Positions 40,686 through 52,662 are shown, numbered from the stretch's first letter. The stretch is 64,000 nt of DNA from an uncultured Chloroflexia bacterium (GCA_963712745.1 CAVQJC010000005.1:313488-377487); one strand, 5' to 3'. Translations and numbers: made by a program. Notes: generated by a model not told the origin, from the letters alone.

Positions 40686-41664
40686 GACGCCAGCGGCCGC
40701 GACGAGGCTTCGCGGGCGACCACGTGGCAGCTCACGAGGTGTCCCGCTCGGACCTCGTGGAGGAGAGGTTCGTCGGTCTCGCATACGGGCTCCGCCAAGG
40801 GGCAGCGGGGGTGGAACGGGCAGCCCGACGGCGGCCTTGCGGGGTCCGGTACCTCACCCGTCACCGACGCGACCAGCTCGCCCGGGGCCCTCGGATCGGG
40901 CACGGGAACGGCCTCGCGCAGCGCCCTCGTGTAGGGGTGGAGCGGTCGGTCCACGACGTCTTTCCAGGGTCCCGACTCCACGACGCGGCCCAGGTACATC
41001 ACCGCCACTCGATCGCTGAGGTGCCGCACCATGGCCACGTCGTGGCTGATGAACACGTACGACAGACCGAGCTCGCTCGCGCAGCTGCGCGAGGAGGTTC
41101 ATGATCTCGGCACGCACCGAGACATCCAGGGCTGAGACCGGCTCGTCGAGCAGGAGGACGCGCGGTTCCACGGCCAGGGCCCGTGCGATACCGACACGCT
41201 GTCGCTGGCCGCCCGACATCTCGTGGGGCAGCCGCTGCGCGAAGGAGCGCTGCAGGCCCACCATGTCGAGGAGCGCCGACGACCCGGTCGTCCCGACCCT
41301 CGGCGCCGCCACCGAGCTTGTGCACGATCAGGACCTCCTCGATCGTGTCGCCCGCGGTGCGGCGAGGGTTCAGCGAGGCGTACGGATCCTGGAAGACGAG
41401 CTGGATCTTCCGTCGCTGCTCCCGCAGGGCCTTGCCTCCGAGCGCTCCCAGGTCGACCCCGTCGAGCATGACGCGCCCGCTCGTCGGCTCCTCCAGCCGC
41501 ACCAGGAGTCGCGCCAGAGTCGACTTGCCGCACCCGGACTCCCCGACGATGCCCAGGGTCTCGCCTGCCTCGACTTCGAGCGAGACGCCATTGACCGCGT
41601 TGACGATGAGGTCGGTGCCGCGGACCGGATACCGCTTGTGGAGGTCGATGGCCTCGAGGATCAC
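40682..41664 (-). CDS. Oligopeptide ABC ATP-binding protein (OppF/DppF), frameshifted
   Basis: GESGCGKS; MSGGQRQR...DEPVSALD; FISHD...PLHPYT...[10 protein letters not shown] spread over 3 frames. Confidence 0.85.
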
Positions 41665-42662
41665 CGTGTTGCCGGCCTCTCTCCGGTCACCGCCAACTCC
41701 TCCACGGGGACCCAGCACGCGACTCGTCCGTCCAGGCGCGGTTCCAGCTCGGGTCGCGTCAGGCAGACGTCGCGAGCCTGCCACGCATCGGGGCCGGAAC
41801 GGGCAGCCCTCGATGGTCTCGCTGGGCAGGGGTGGGCGGCCCGGGATCATGGCGAGGGGTGGCCGGCTGTCGTCGGCCGGGTTGGGCAGGGACTGCGAGC
41901 AGCCGCTTGGTGTACGGATGCTGGGGCGCATGGAAGATCTGGTCGACCGGGGCGTCCTCGACGACGTAGCCGCCGTACATGACCACCACGCGATCGACCA
42001 GGCGGGCGATGACGCCCAGGTCGTGCGTGACCCACACGGTCGTCATCCGGAACTCGCGTGCTGAGGTGCTTGACCAGCGCGAGGATCTGACGCTGGATGG
42101 TGACGTCGAGCGCGGTGGTCGGCTCGTCGGCGATGAGCAGCGTCGGAGTCCATGGCCAGGGCGGTCGCGATGAGCGCTCGCTGACGCATGCCGCCCGAGA
42201 GCTCGTGTGGATAGGCCTTGGCCGTGCGCTCCGGGTCGGGCATCTCCACACGCGCCAGCGTCTCGAGCGATCGCCGCGTGGCCTCGTCCTTCGACACACC
42301 GTGCGCGGTCATCGACTCGACGACCTGGTCACCGATGCGCATCAACGGGTTCAGCGAGGTCATGGGGTCCTGGTACACCATGGCCAGCCGACGGCCACGC
42401 AGCTCACGCATCTCAGGCTCGGGGATGGAGCTGATGTCGACTCCTTCGAGACGGACATTGCCCTGGGTCATCTCCAGCGGCGGCGACAGCAAGCGCATCA
42501 CCGACAGCATCGTCAGCGTCTTGCCGGAGCCGCTCTCGCCCACGACGCCGACCGTCTCGCCCGACGCCACACGCAGGTCGACCCCGTGCACGATGTCCTG
42601 ATCCCCCCGCGCGCGTGCAGCGTCACGACCATGTCCTCGATCTCGAGGAGTGGCGTACTCAC
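41661..42662 (-). CDS. Oligopeptide ABC ATP-binding protein (OppD/DppD), frameshifted
   Basis: [51 protein letters not shown] spread over several frames. Confidence 0.85.
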
Positions 42663-43550
42663 GAGCGGTTCTCGTGTCGGGGGTCGAGGGCGTCACGCAG
42701 CCCGTCGCCCAGGAGGTTGAGACCCACCACGAACACGATGAGTACGAGCCCCGGCGCGGCCATCGTCCACCAGGCGGTGGCGACCAGGTTCTTGGCCTCG
42801 AAGACCATCGACCCCAGCGCCGGCGTCGGCGGCGGTGTGCCCAGGCCCAGGTAGCTGAGCGCGGCCGCCGTCAGGACCGCCCACGACATCGAGAGCGTCA
42901 CCTGCACGATGACGATGGACATGATGTTCGGCAGGAGGTGTCGGAAGAGGATGCGGCTCGACGAGAAGCCGAGCACGCGTGCGGCCTTGATGAAGTCGAC
43001 CTCCCTGAGCGACAGCACCGGCGCCCGTGTCACACGCACGAAGATGGGGATGTAGACGATGGCGATGGCCACCGCCACGGTGAACCAGTTGCGCGTTGCC
43101 ACCGACGCCAGGGCCAGCGCCAGCAGCAGAGGTGGGAACGCGAAGAGGATGTTGGTGAGGGCGTTGACGGGGCCGCGTACGCGGTTGCCGAAGAACCCCG
43201 ACATCACGCCGAACGTGGTCCCCAGAACGGCCGAGATGAATACGGCCACGATGGCGACCTGAAGCGACGAGGCCACGCCGGCCATGGTGCGCGAGAGGAT
43301 GTCGCGCCCGAACTGGTCGGTGCCGAACCAGTACGCCGCCGACGGTCCCTGTAGCCGATCCACTGGGTGCTGCGAGATGGGGTCGTACGGGGTCGCGCCG
43401 AGTACCGCGAGGAGGGCGAGACCCAGGGTGACCAGGGTGAGGATCAGGCCCGCCCTGCCGCTGCGGCTGGCCATCAGACGACGCCACAGGCCTCTCGCGC
43501 TGAGGCGGCGCTTCCTCGGCCTCGAGCCAGGCGACCTCGTTGGCGGTCAT
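42659..43550 (-). CDS. Oligopeptide ABC permease (DppC), frameshifted near the N-terminus
   Basis: FGTDQFGRDILSR, HLLPN, LSYLGLG. Confidence 0.88.
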
Positions 43551-44510
43551 CCGGTCCGTACCCGCGGGTCGATGACGCGATAGAGCAGGTCCGTGGCAAG
43601 GTTCACGACGAGGAACAGCAGGGCGATGATGAGCACCGTGGACTGGACGACCGCGAACTCCTTCTGCTGCATGCCGATGAGGAACTGCCGGCCGATCCCC
43701 GGCACGGAGAAGATCTGCTCCACGACGACGGCCCCGCCAAGCAGGTAGCCGAACTGGATGCCGGTCATGGTCACGATCGGCACGAGCGAGTTGTGCAGGA
43801 CGTGGCGGACCTGGATGCGCAACGGCGAGACACCCTTGCCCCGCGCCGTCCTCACGAAGTCCTGGCCCTTGACCTCGAGGATCGCGGAGCGCGTCGTGCG
43901 CATGATGGGCGCAGCCAGCGCGAAGCCCAGCACGATGGCCGGCAGCATCATCTGCTGCAGGTTCAGGCTCAGGTCTTCGAACGGTCGCGCGAAGCCCATG
44001 GCGTTGGGGTTGTAGCGCAGGACACGTGAGACGACGGTGAGCAGCAGGGCACCCAGCAGGAAGCTCGGGATGGAGAGTGCAGCAAGGCCGATGAACTGCG
44101 CACCCGCGTCTCGCCGGCTGTTGGGGCGCGAGGCCGAGAGCATGCCCAGGGGCACGCCCATGAGCACGCCCAGCAGGGTCGCCAGGATGCGCCAGCTCGA
44201 GCGTGACCGGCAACGAGGAAGCCGTCATCTCGAGCACGGACTGGCCCGTCCGTTGCGAGACGCCCAGGTTGCCGCTGGCGACCTCTGAGAGCCAACCGAG
44301 GAACTGCGCCACGAGTGGCTGGTCGATGCCGTAGTAGGCCCGCAGCGCATCGAGCTGCGCTTCGGTCATCATCCCGGCCTCGATGCCGAGGGACGCGGTG
44401 ATCTGGTCGCCCGGAACGACCCGGAGCATGACGAAGACGAGGACGGCCACCCCGAGCAGGGTGACCGCCGCCTCGGCCAGGGTGCGGGCGACCCTCTTGC
44501 TGCGAATCAC
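43547..44510 (-). CDS. Oligopeptide ABC permease (DppB), frameshifted
   Basis: GIDQPLVAQF...GNLGVS...LPVTLELA / RTARGKG...LLGGAVVVEQIFSVPGIGR. Confidence 0.88.
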
Positions 44511-44556
44511 CCGCGTCCGTCGTCGTTCCCGGTATGTCGCACCGGTCTCGTTTCGA

Positions 44557-46103
44557 CTACTCCACGGTCGTCGTGCGCAGGTACTGGTAGCAACTGGTTG
44601 TTGGGCATGGGGACGAAGTTCGTCACGTCCTCGGTCGTGGCCGAGTAGTTGTAGCTGGAGAACATCCACAGCCACACGGCGTTGTCCTCGAGCAGACTCG
44701 AGATGTCGTCGTAGATCTGCTTGCGCTCCGCCGGGTCGCTGGTGGCCTTGCCGCGCGCGAAGAGCTCGTCGAGTTCCGGCGAACTGTAGCTGGCGATCTG
44801 GTTAAGGTTGCCCGTGCTCGGGAAGTAACGCCCGTACATGACGTCGGGATCGGGCCGGCCGCCGTTGAGCGCCACGGCCGTGTCGAAGTCGGCAGCGAGC
44901 CAGCGGTCGACATAGGTGCCGATCTCCATCGGCTCGATCTGCAGGTCGATGCCCACTTCGGCGAGCTGGGCCTGGAGGCTCTGAGCTTCGTTCACCGAGG
45001 TGGCGTACTCGCCCTGCGACGACGATGGTCCCGATGGTGATCGCCATCGGCGTACCCGGCGTCGGCGAGGTACTGCTTGGCCTTCTCGACATCCCGCTCC
45101 GGGCAGGGCCGCGCGGACGGGTCGCTGAGGTAGGCCGGCGAGGTGATGGGGCCAACCACGGTACCCTCGCCGAGCGCCGCGGTGTCGAGCACCTCCTGGC
45201 GATCGACCGCGCACTGCATGGCCAGTCGCACGTTCGAGGTCATCGAGCGGCGGGACGGTTGTGATTGATCATGAGCACGTGGTACGCCAGCTGAGGCGTC
45301 TTCGAGACGCTGATGCCGTCGCCCTCCGCGGTCGTGGCCACGAGCGGGTCGTTGAGGATCGTGCAGCTGGACGTTGCCAGAGCGCAGGCCGTCGACGATC
45401 GAGGACTCGTCCGGGATGACCCGAAACTCGACGCTCGCGAGCGTGGGCTCGCCCTCGCGCCAGTAGGCCTCGTTGCCGACGAGCGTCAACGATTCGTTGG
45501 GCTTGCGGCTGCCGAAGGCGAACGGGCCGGTGCCGTTGGGCGTCGCTGCTGAGTCCTTCCTCGGTGTCGTCCTTCGACACGATGGCCATGTTGGGCCCCG
45601 CCAGACCGGCGAGGATGCCGGCGTCAGGGTTGGTGAGGTTCAGGACCACCGTGGAGTCGTCAGGCGCGTCGACCGATGCGACCGATGCCAGCGACGAACC
45701 GCGCCACCGCGCCCGTGGCCTCGTCGAGGATGGCATCCAACGAGGCCTTCACGTCGGCGGACGTGAGCGGCTTGCCATCGTGGAAGGTGACGCCTTCGCG
45801 GATGTTGAAGGTGATGGCCATGCCGTCATCGGACACGTCCCAGCTCTCGGCGATAGCGGGTACGACGTTGAGGTCCTGGTCGAACTCGACCAGCGAGTCG
45901 TAGACGAGCCCCAGCAGGGCGAAGGCCTGGAACTGTGTGGCCTTCCACGGGAACAACGTGTCCGGATCGCTCGTGACACCGACGACCAGGTCGCCCTTGT
46001 CCTGGGCGCCGGCGCCAGGAGCCACCAACGCGGCGGCTAGCACGGCCGTCATGGCGGCGGCGATGAACCTGGCCCCGACCCGGGCCAGTGTGGGTGAACG
46101 CAT
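44557..46103 (-). CDS. Oligopeptide ABC substrate-binding protein (DppA), multiple frameshifts
   Basis: Signal peptide; YDSLV...PAIAESWDVSDDG..TFNIREGVTFHDG..LTSADVKAS; later fragments in other frames. Confidence 0.82.
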
Positions 46104-46427
46104 GATCGACTCCTCCTCCTCGGCGCGACAGCGAAAGGTGGGCACTCGAATGCCCGGCCTCGCATGCTGTCACCGCCCACATTGGAAGTCAACTTCGCGG
46201 AGGGCCCGACGGGCCGGGGTCGGGCCTCCACGGCCCCGCAGCAGGACCCAGGTGCGGCCGCGGGTCGTGGCACCTACACCCACCCAAGTCGCAGCTGCAC
46301 CCACGCGAGGTGACACGCACCCGCACATGATGCGCGCGCTCTCGTATGCTCAGGCTGCGACAGGACGCGACGGGAGAGATCGACGACCGGCCCGTCACCC
46401 TCGATCGCACGCGATGGAGTCCTGGAC

Positions 46428-47591
46428 ATGCGCGTCATCGGCATGATCTCCGGCACGAGCGCCGACGCCATCGAGGTCGTGGTCTGCGACCTCGATGGCG
46501 AGCCGCCACGACTCGAGCTCGACGTCCTGGGTGCACGGACCGAGAGGATCGACATCGAGCTCCAGCGACGCATCCACGCCGCGGCCACCGTCGAGGGCAG
46601 CGATGTCGAGGGGATCTGCTTGCTCGACGTCGAGATCGCTGAGGCGTTCGCAGCGGCCGCGCTGGCAACGGTCGCGGAGATGAGTCTGGACCCTGCGGAC
46701 ATCGACATCATCGGGTCCCACGGGCAGACGCTCTGGCATGCCGTCCGCGACGACGGCACGGTGGCCGGCTCGCTGCAGGTCGGCAACGGCGCCCGCATCG
46801 CGGAACGAACCGGTATCACGACCGTCAGCGACCTGCGGTCGCGCGACATCGCTGCCGGCGGCCAGGGCGCACCCATCGTGGCCTACGTGGACTGGCTGCT
46901 CTCGCGTCATGCCACCGCGTACCGCGCGATCCAGAACCTGGGTGGCATCGGCAACGTCGCATACCTTCCGCCCCTCGCTGACCAGACGACGCCCCCGGCG
47001 GCCTTCGATACCGGCCCCGCGAACGTACTCATCGACGTGCTCATGACGTTGCTCACCGACGGGCGCCAGTCATTCGACCGTGACGGGGCCACGGCTGCGG
47101 GTGGCGCCGTCGATCAGTCGTGGATACGGGAGTTGTTGGCCCACCCCTACTTCGAGCGCCAACCACCGAAGACTACAGGGCGCGAACTCTTCGGCCCGGG
47201 GATGGGCAGCCAGCTCCTGGAGGCAGGCCGAGGGCGCGGCCTCAGCGACGAAGACATCGTAGCCACCGTTACCGCCTTCTCAGCTGACTCGGTCGCGGAC
47301 CAGTACCGCCGTTTCCTGCCGGTGGCTCCTGATGAGGTCATCGTGGCCGGTGGTGGTACTCGCAACCCGATGATCATGACACGGCTCGCGCAGGTCCTGC
47401 CAGCCGGGACCCGCGTGTTCACCTACGAGGACCTCGGCTACGCCAGTCAGCAGAAGGAGGCCATGGCCGTGGCCGTGCTCGCCTACGAGACCTGGCACGG
47501 ACGACCCGGTACGCTCCCTGCGTTCACCGGTGTCCACCACCCGGTGCTCATGGGCGCCATCAACCCCGGCCAGCGGATGCCTTCGCGATGA
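46428..47591 (+). CDS. anmK: Anhydro-N-acetylmuramic acid kinase
   Basis: IGMISGTSAD, IGSHGQT, DIAAGGQGAP, NLGGIGN, FDTGPAN, PPKTTGRELF. Confidence 0.95.
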   Translation: MRVIGMISGTSADAIEVVVCDLDGEPPRLELDVLGARTERIDIELQRRIHAAATVEGSDVEGICLLDVEIAEAFAAAALATVAEMSLDPADIDIIGSHGQTLWHAVRDDGTVAGSLQVGNGARIAERTGITTVSDLRSRDIAAGGQGAPIVAYVDWLLSRHATAYRAIQNLGGIGNVAYLPPLADQTTPPAAFDTGPANVLIDVLMTLLTDGRQSFDRDGATAAGGAVDQSWIRELLAHPYFERQPPKTTGRELFGPGMGSQLLEAGRGRGLSDEDIVATVTAFSADSVADQYRRFLPVAPDEVIVAGGGTRNPMIMTRLAQVLPAGTRVFTYEDLGYASQQKEAMAVAVLAYETWHGRPGTLPAFTGVHHPVLMGAINPGQRMPSR

Positions 47592-48484
47592 CCGACCGAA
47601 CGCCGACGACCGAGGCCCTCAATCCGCGCTCGAGCCAACTCGACACCATGAGTACGCTCGACATCGTCACGCTCATGAACCGGGAGGACGCCACCGTTCC
47701 GGAGGCCATCCGACCCGCATTGCCGGTCATCGCTCGAGCGGTCGATGCCATCGCCGAGCGGCTTCGGCGGGGAGGTCGGCTCTTCTATGCCGGTGCCGGC
47801 ACCAGTGGCCGCCTGGCGGTCCTCGACGCCGTCGAGTGCGTGCCCACCTTCAGTGTCTCACCACGGCTGGTCACGCCCATCATGGCCGGCGGCGAGGCGG
47901 CCTTGACGCGCAGCGTCGAGGGTGCCGAGGACGACACCGATCTCGCGCGCCGCGACGTACGCTCGAAGGGCGTCGGCGCCCGCGACGTGCTCGTCGGTGT
48001 TGCCGCCAGCGGGACGACACCCTATGTGCTGGCCGCATTGCGGGAGGCGAAGGAGCTGGGTGCACTCACCATCGCCATCTCCAATGACCAACCTGCGCCC
48101 ATCCTTGATGAGGCGGATCTGGGCATCGCGGCGGTCACCGGGCCGGAGGTGCTCTCGGGGTCGACACGCCTCAAGGCCGGGACCGCCCAGAAGCTCATCC
48201 TGAACATGCTCAGCACGACCACGATGGTCCAGCTCGGCAAGGTCCATGGCAACCGCATGATCGATGTCGCCGTCACCAACCAGAAGCTGCGGCGACGCGC
48301 CGTTGCCATCGTCGCCGACCTCGTCGGCTGTGACCAAGGGGCCGCCGCAGACCTGCTCGATGCGGCCGACGAGGAAGTCAAGACCGCAGTGCTCATGGGT
48401 CTTGCCGAAGTCGACGCTGCCACAGCCAGGGCACGCCTGGACGCAGTCGACGGCGTGTTGCGTAGCGCCATCGATGGGGCCTGA
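47588..48484 (+). CDS. murQ: N-acetylmuramic acid 6-phosphate etherase
   Basis: TEALNP, GAGTSGRL..LDAVECVPTF, GAEDD, AASGTTPYV, GPEVLSGSTRLKAGTAQK. Confidence 0.95.
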   Translation: MTDRTPTTEALNPRSSQLDTMSTLDIVTLMNREDATVPEAIRPALPVIARAVDAIAERLRRGGRLFYAGAGTSGRLAVLDAVECVPTFSVSPRLVTPIMAGGEAALTRSVEGAEDDTDLARRDVRSKGVGARDVLVGVAASGTTPYVLAALREAKELGALTIAISNDQPAPILDEADLGIAAVTGPEVLSGSTRLKAGTAQKLILNMLSTTTMVQLGKVHGNRMIDVAVTNQKLRRRAVAIVADLVGCDQGAAADLLDAADEEVKTAVLMGLAEVDAATARARLDAVDGVLRSAIDGA

Positions 48485-48754
48485 GCCGGAGCATCGGGAC
48501 CTCGGCCAAGCCCGCGCTGCCCTCGGCCCGGAAGCCGATGCGGCCTGGCACGCCGGACAACGACTCTCGTTCGAGGACGCCATCGCCGAAGCGTCCGCGG
48601 CATGGCCAAGACGCCCTCCACAAGACACACTCCGACTCCGGGCAAGGACTGGTGGATATCCCTCCCGACAGGGAACATCTGCCGCTGACTCCCGCGGCGC
48701 TTCGACACCGTCAGCCCGCACGGCCGGCGAAGAGGCCTACGGGCCTCCTCGCCA

Positions 48755-48800
48755 TTGGCAAACAGGAGGTCCTCGGGTTCAGATCCGAGTGTCGGCTCCG
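48755..48800 (+). repeat. Degenerate tRNA-Thr 3'-half repeat, copy 9
   Basis: CCTCGCCA-TTGGCAAACAGGAGGTCCTCGGGTTCAGATCCGAGTGTCGGCTCCG-CTCCCCACGCGAAGCGGCCCGTTTCG. Confidence 0.87.
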
Positions 48801-49034
48801 CTCCCCACGCGAAGCGGCCCGTTTCGTGACGTCTGTAGTCAGCACAGCCGGGCCCGGTCCCTGATCCCACCCCTGTCCAACCGGGCAGTCTCGCCCGTCG
48901 AGTCAGCGCAGCACCGAAGTCCGCTCTGGTTCTGACGTTCGGCCTATGCCAAAGGAACCTACGCCGCTAGGCAAGCGCAGGCCGAATCTCCAAGCTAGGT
49001 GGTGGCAAGGCGTGTCTCGCGCAGGAGGACGACG

Positions 49035-49553
49035 ATGGAAACGCCGGTTTCTCGGGGTCCCTTGAAGAGCCTGATGACCTGGCTGGGCTCAGAGGGGGTG
49101 GAGTACGAGCTGCACGAGCATGATCGCTCGTTGACGGCATTGGCCACGGCTCGCGCTGAGGGAGTGAACCCTCGTTCGTTCGAGAAGGTCGTGTGGGTTC
49201 GTACCGAGAAGGGTGGGGATGCCCTCATCGTGCTCGATGCGGACGACCACCTGGATCTGAAGAAGGCGCGCGAGACACTCAAGTCGGGCCGCGTCACGCT
49301 CGTGTCTGAAGAAGAGATCTCGCAGATGACTCCGGATTGCGACCCAGGCGCCATGCCCGCGGTGGGAAGCCTGTTCGGGCTATCCACCTACGCCGACTTG
49401 GCCGTGCGCGACGAACCGGAGATCAGCTTCAACGCTGGCAGCCACACCGTCGCGGTGCGCGTCGATCGAGTCGCGTGGGAGAAGGCTCTGGGCGTGATCT
49501 ACGCAGACCTGGCGGCAACCACGTGGCACGAGCCACCCTGGTATCGATCATGA
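49035..49553 (+). CDS. YbaK/EbsC aminoacyl-tRNA deacylase-like protein
   Basis: EKVV..., CDPGAMPAVG, ISFNAGSH. Confidence 0.82.
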   Translation: METPVSRGPLKSLMTWLGSEGVEYELHEHDRSLTALATARAEGVNPRSFEKVVWVRTEKGGDALIVLDADDHLDLKKARETLKSGRVTLVSEEEISQMTPDCDPGAMPAVGSLFGLSTYADLAVRDEPEISFNAGSHTVAVRVDRVAWEKALGVIYADLAATTWHEPPWYRS

Positions 49554-49616
49554 CGGTTACCTGACTCACGCACGCAGCGCGGGTCCAGCGCGGCTGCTGC
49601 GGTCCGGAGGTGGGAG

Positions 49617-50573
49617 ATGCGAATCCTGGTTGCCACCGATGGCTCCGAGTGTGCCGACACGGCCGTCGATCTGGTCGCGGCGCTCGAATGGCCTCCCGGT
49701 TCCACCATCCACGTCGTGGAGGCGACCACCTCCGGCATCGCGGTGTTCGGTGGACCGTGGCCACCGATCCCGCCGGTGGATACGACTTCGTTCGACGCGA
49801 GCATCCTCGAGCAGGCGCAGCAGCGGGTAGAGGTGGCCGCCACACGACTGGCTGCACCTGGCCGGTCGGTCGAGACCTCGATCGCGAGCGGGCGAGCCGC
49901 CGACGTGATCACCTCGATCGCCGAGCAGGTCGGCGCCGGGCTGATCGTGCTGGGCAGTCGAGGGCACGGCACCCTCGAGACGATGCTGCTGGGCTCGGTC
50001 TCCTCGGAGGTCGTGGATCACGCGTACGTGCCCGTCCTGGTGGCTCGGAGTTCCTCCATCGACCGCATCGTCTTGGCTTGGGATGGCTCAGCCAGTGCGG
50101 AGCAGGCGGCGCAGTTCCTCATCGACTGTGACGCCCTCGCCAAGGCTGAGATACTCGTGCTCAGCGTGGCTGACATCGAGACGACCTGGTGGCCCGGGGC
50201 AGACATGTTCATGGAGGCGGCGCCGGCCGCGACCTATGTGGAGGCGGCGCCGGCCGCGACCTATGTGGAGGCGGCTGAGCTCTCGCGCAGTCAACACAAG
50301 CAGCTGGCTGCGGAGATGGCTGACCGCCTCCATGAAGCGGCACTCAGCGCCGTGCCGGAGCAACGCGATGGCGATCCGGCCGCAGAGATCGTGCGTCTAG
50401 CCCAGGAACGGGAGGCTGACCTCGTGATCGTCGGCACCCACGGACGGACCGGCCTCTCGCGCCTGCTGATGGGCAGCGTTGCGCGCAACGTGTTGCTGCA
50501 CGCGCCGTGCTCGGTCCTGGTCGTGCGCAGTCAGCGTCCTGGGGGCGCGGAAATCCCGCCCGGCATCGCCTGA
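49617..50573 (+). CDS. Tandem-domain universal stress protein
   Basis: ILVATDGS; IVLGSRGHG..LLGSVS; VGTHGRTGLSRLLMGSVA..PCSVLVV. Confidence 0.92.
   Translation: MRILVATDGSECADTAVDLVAALEWPPGSTIHVVEATTSGIAVFGGPWPPIPPVDTTSFDASILEQAQQRVEVAATRLAAPGRSVETSIASGRAADVITSIAEQVGAGLIVLGSRGHGTLETMLLGSVSSEVVDHAYVPVLVARSSSIDRIVLAWDGSASAEQAAQFLIDCDALAKAEILVLSVADIETTWWPGADMFMEAAPAATYVEAAPAATYVEAAELSRSQHKQLAAEMADRLHEAALSAVPEQRDGDPAAEIVRLAQEREADLVIVGTHGRTGLSRLLMGSVARNVLLHAPCSVLVVRSQRPGGAEIPPGIA
50212..50275 (+). repeat. 27-bp in-frame tandem duplication within the USP gene
   Basis: TGGAGGCGGCGCCGGCCGCGACCTATG x2 plus a partial third copy (EAAPAATYV x2). Confidence 0.9.
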
Positions 50574-50937
50574 AGCCACGCACGAACAGACCGAGGGTGA
50601 TGGGCGGACGATAGGGTACGTGTCGTGGTCAGCTCCGCCGGTGACTCGGCCAGCGCGGTCTGCACCCTTGTGACCGTGTCGAGCGAGGTAGCGGCCTCCG
50701 CCGACGTTGATCGGACGGTCGTGTGAGCCTGTCAGGCCCGATCGTGCCGGCGGAGGTATCGGGAAGCGCCATGCGGCACCCGCAGACACCCGGCCGTGGT
50801 CTACGATCGGGAGGTGGCAGACTCGCTGGCGGAGCGGGACGATCGTGCCCGACGAGCCCTCGGTAGGGTCCCAGGGATGAGCTCGAACGTACCGATGATC
50901 ACACGGGCGTCAGGGGCGGCCACACGGTGGGAGGGTT

Positions 50938-52468
50938 GTGATGAAGCGGCAGTTCGTAGGAGCGGCCACCACGGTCACCGGCTCACAATTCCTCCTCACG
51001 TACCGACCAGGCGCCAGAGTGCTCGTCGACTGCGGCATGTTCCAAGGTCCTCCCTCGGACGTGGAGCGCAACCGCGCCGCCCTCCCCTACGACCCGGGCT
51101 CGCTGGACGCGGTGCTCCTCACGCACGCCCACCTCGGACCACTGCGGCTACCTGCCGGTGGTCGGTGCGCGAGACGGATTCGATGGGCCCGGTCGTGCTC
51201 ACCTCTGCAACCGCCGACCTGGCGTATGCTGTCCTGACCGACAGCGCGAAGATCCAGCTGGAGCGAGCCCGCCGCGCCCCGATCGCCGCGAGACCATCGG
51301 GCGCGCCATGCGGCCGCGACGCCCGGCCGAGGTCACGATCGGCAGGCGGCAGACGAGGAGGCATCGCCTGCGGGCACAGCCCCCTGAAGTCAGGTTGCGC
51401 GACGACGAGCCGCTCTACGTCCTTGACGATGTCCTCGAGGCGAGCCGGCGGTTCGAGCCGGTCCGCTACGGCGAGCCACGGATCGTCGCGCCAGGCATCA
51501 CGGCCACCTTCGAGGATGCCGGCCACATCCTCGGCTCGGCCATCATCGTCCTCGACGTCGAGGAGGCCGGGCGCTCGCTGCGGCTCGTGTTCTCGGGGGA
51601 TCTGGGACGCCCCGGCACGCCCATCATCGAGGACCCCACACCGATCACAGCGGGTGCCGACTTCGTCATCACCGAGTCCACGTACGGTGGACGCCATCAC
51701 GAGCCGGCGACCGAGGCGGTCGAACAGCTCGCCGATGCGGTGCGGGAGACCGCTGCTGGCCGTGGCGTCCTGCTCATCCCCTCCTTCGCGGTGGGCCGGA
51801 CCCAGGAGATCGTCTGGCACCTGGACCGCCTGCTGAGCGCGGGCGAGATCCCGCACGTGCCGCTCTACCTGGACTCACCGATGGCGTCGTTGGCGAGCGA
51901 CATCTACCGCGAGCACCCGGGCTACTACGACGAGGAGACGAGCCAGCTGCTCGCTACCGGGGAGACGCCGCTCGACTACCCCGGTGCGGTCGTCGCGGAC
52001 ACCTTGCGCCGCTCACGGGCCATCGCCACGGCGCCGCGGCCGATGATCATCGTGGCCTCCAGCGGCATGCTCACCGGCGGGCGTGTGCTGAACCACCTCG
52101 CCGAGCTCATCGACGACCCGGCCATGACGCTGCTCTTCGTGGGCTACCAGGGCCAGGGCACACTGGGCGCGCACATCCAGGCGGGCGCCGACAGGGTGAA
52201 GCTCGAGGGTGCACAGCGGGAGGTCCGCTGCCGCATCCGCACCATCGACGGGTTCTCCGCACATGCCGACGAGACGGAGCTGCTCGACTGGCTGTCCCAC
52301 TTCGCCCGCGCCGCGCGCAAGACGCAGCGGGTCTTCCTGGTCCACGGCGACCCGGAGGCATCGGCGGCCCTGGAGCCCAAGGTCCGGGCACTGGGCCTGG
52401 AACCCTATCGACCGGCCTGGCGCGAAGAAGTGGTCCTAGGCGGATCACCGACGGCGGCCAGCGGCTGA
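50938..52468 (+). CDS. Beta-CASP metallo-beta-lactamase ribonuclease, frameshifted in the N-terminal part
   Basis: GAATTVTGS..LVDCGMFQG..LLTHAHL; DAGHILGSA, FSGDLG, ESTYG, PSFAVGRTQE, SSGMLTGGR, FSAHAD. Confidence 0.88.
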
Positions 52469-52662
52469 GCGGCCGCGGTCCGGTGCGGCCGGCACCAACT
52501 CGCCTGGCCACCATGACACCGCTCGAGCCGTGCCGTGCCCGGGGTCAGGACCGTGACTGTCCGCGAGCCAAGACAGCGGGATCCACGGAACCAGAGTGGG
52601 GCCGCAGCGGTCGCGGTCGAAGGTGGACCGGACCTCTTCGCCGTTCGAGGCCCGGCAATGCC

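Noticed and set aside
42693-44675. 660-aa ORF as a single protein
   Set aside because: It is a patchwork of frameshifted dppA, dppB and dppC segments.
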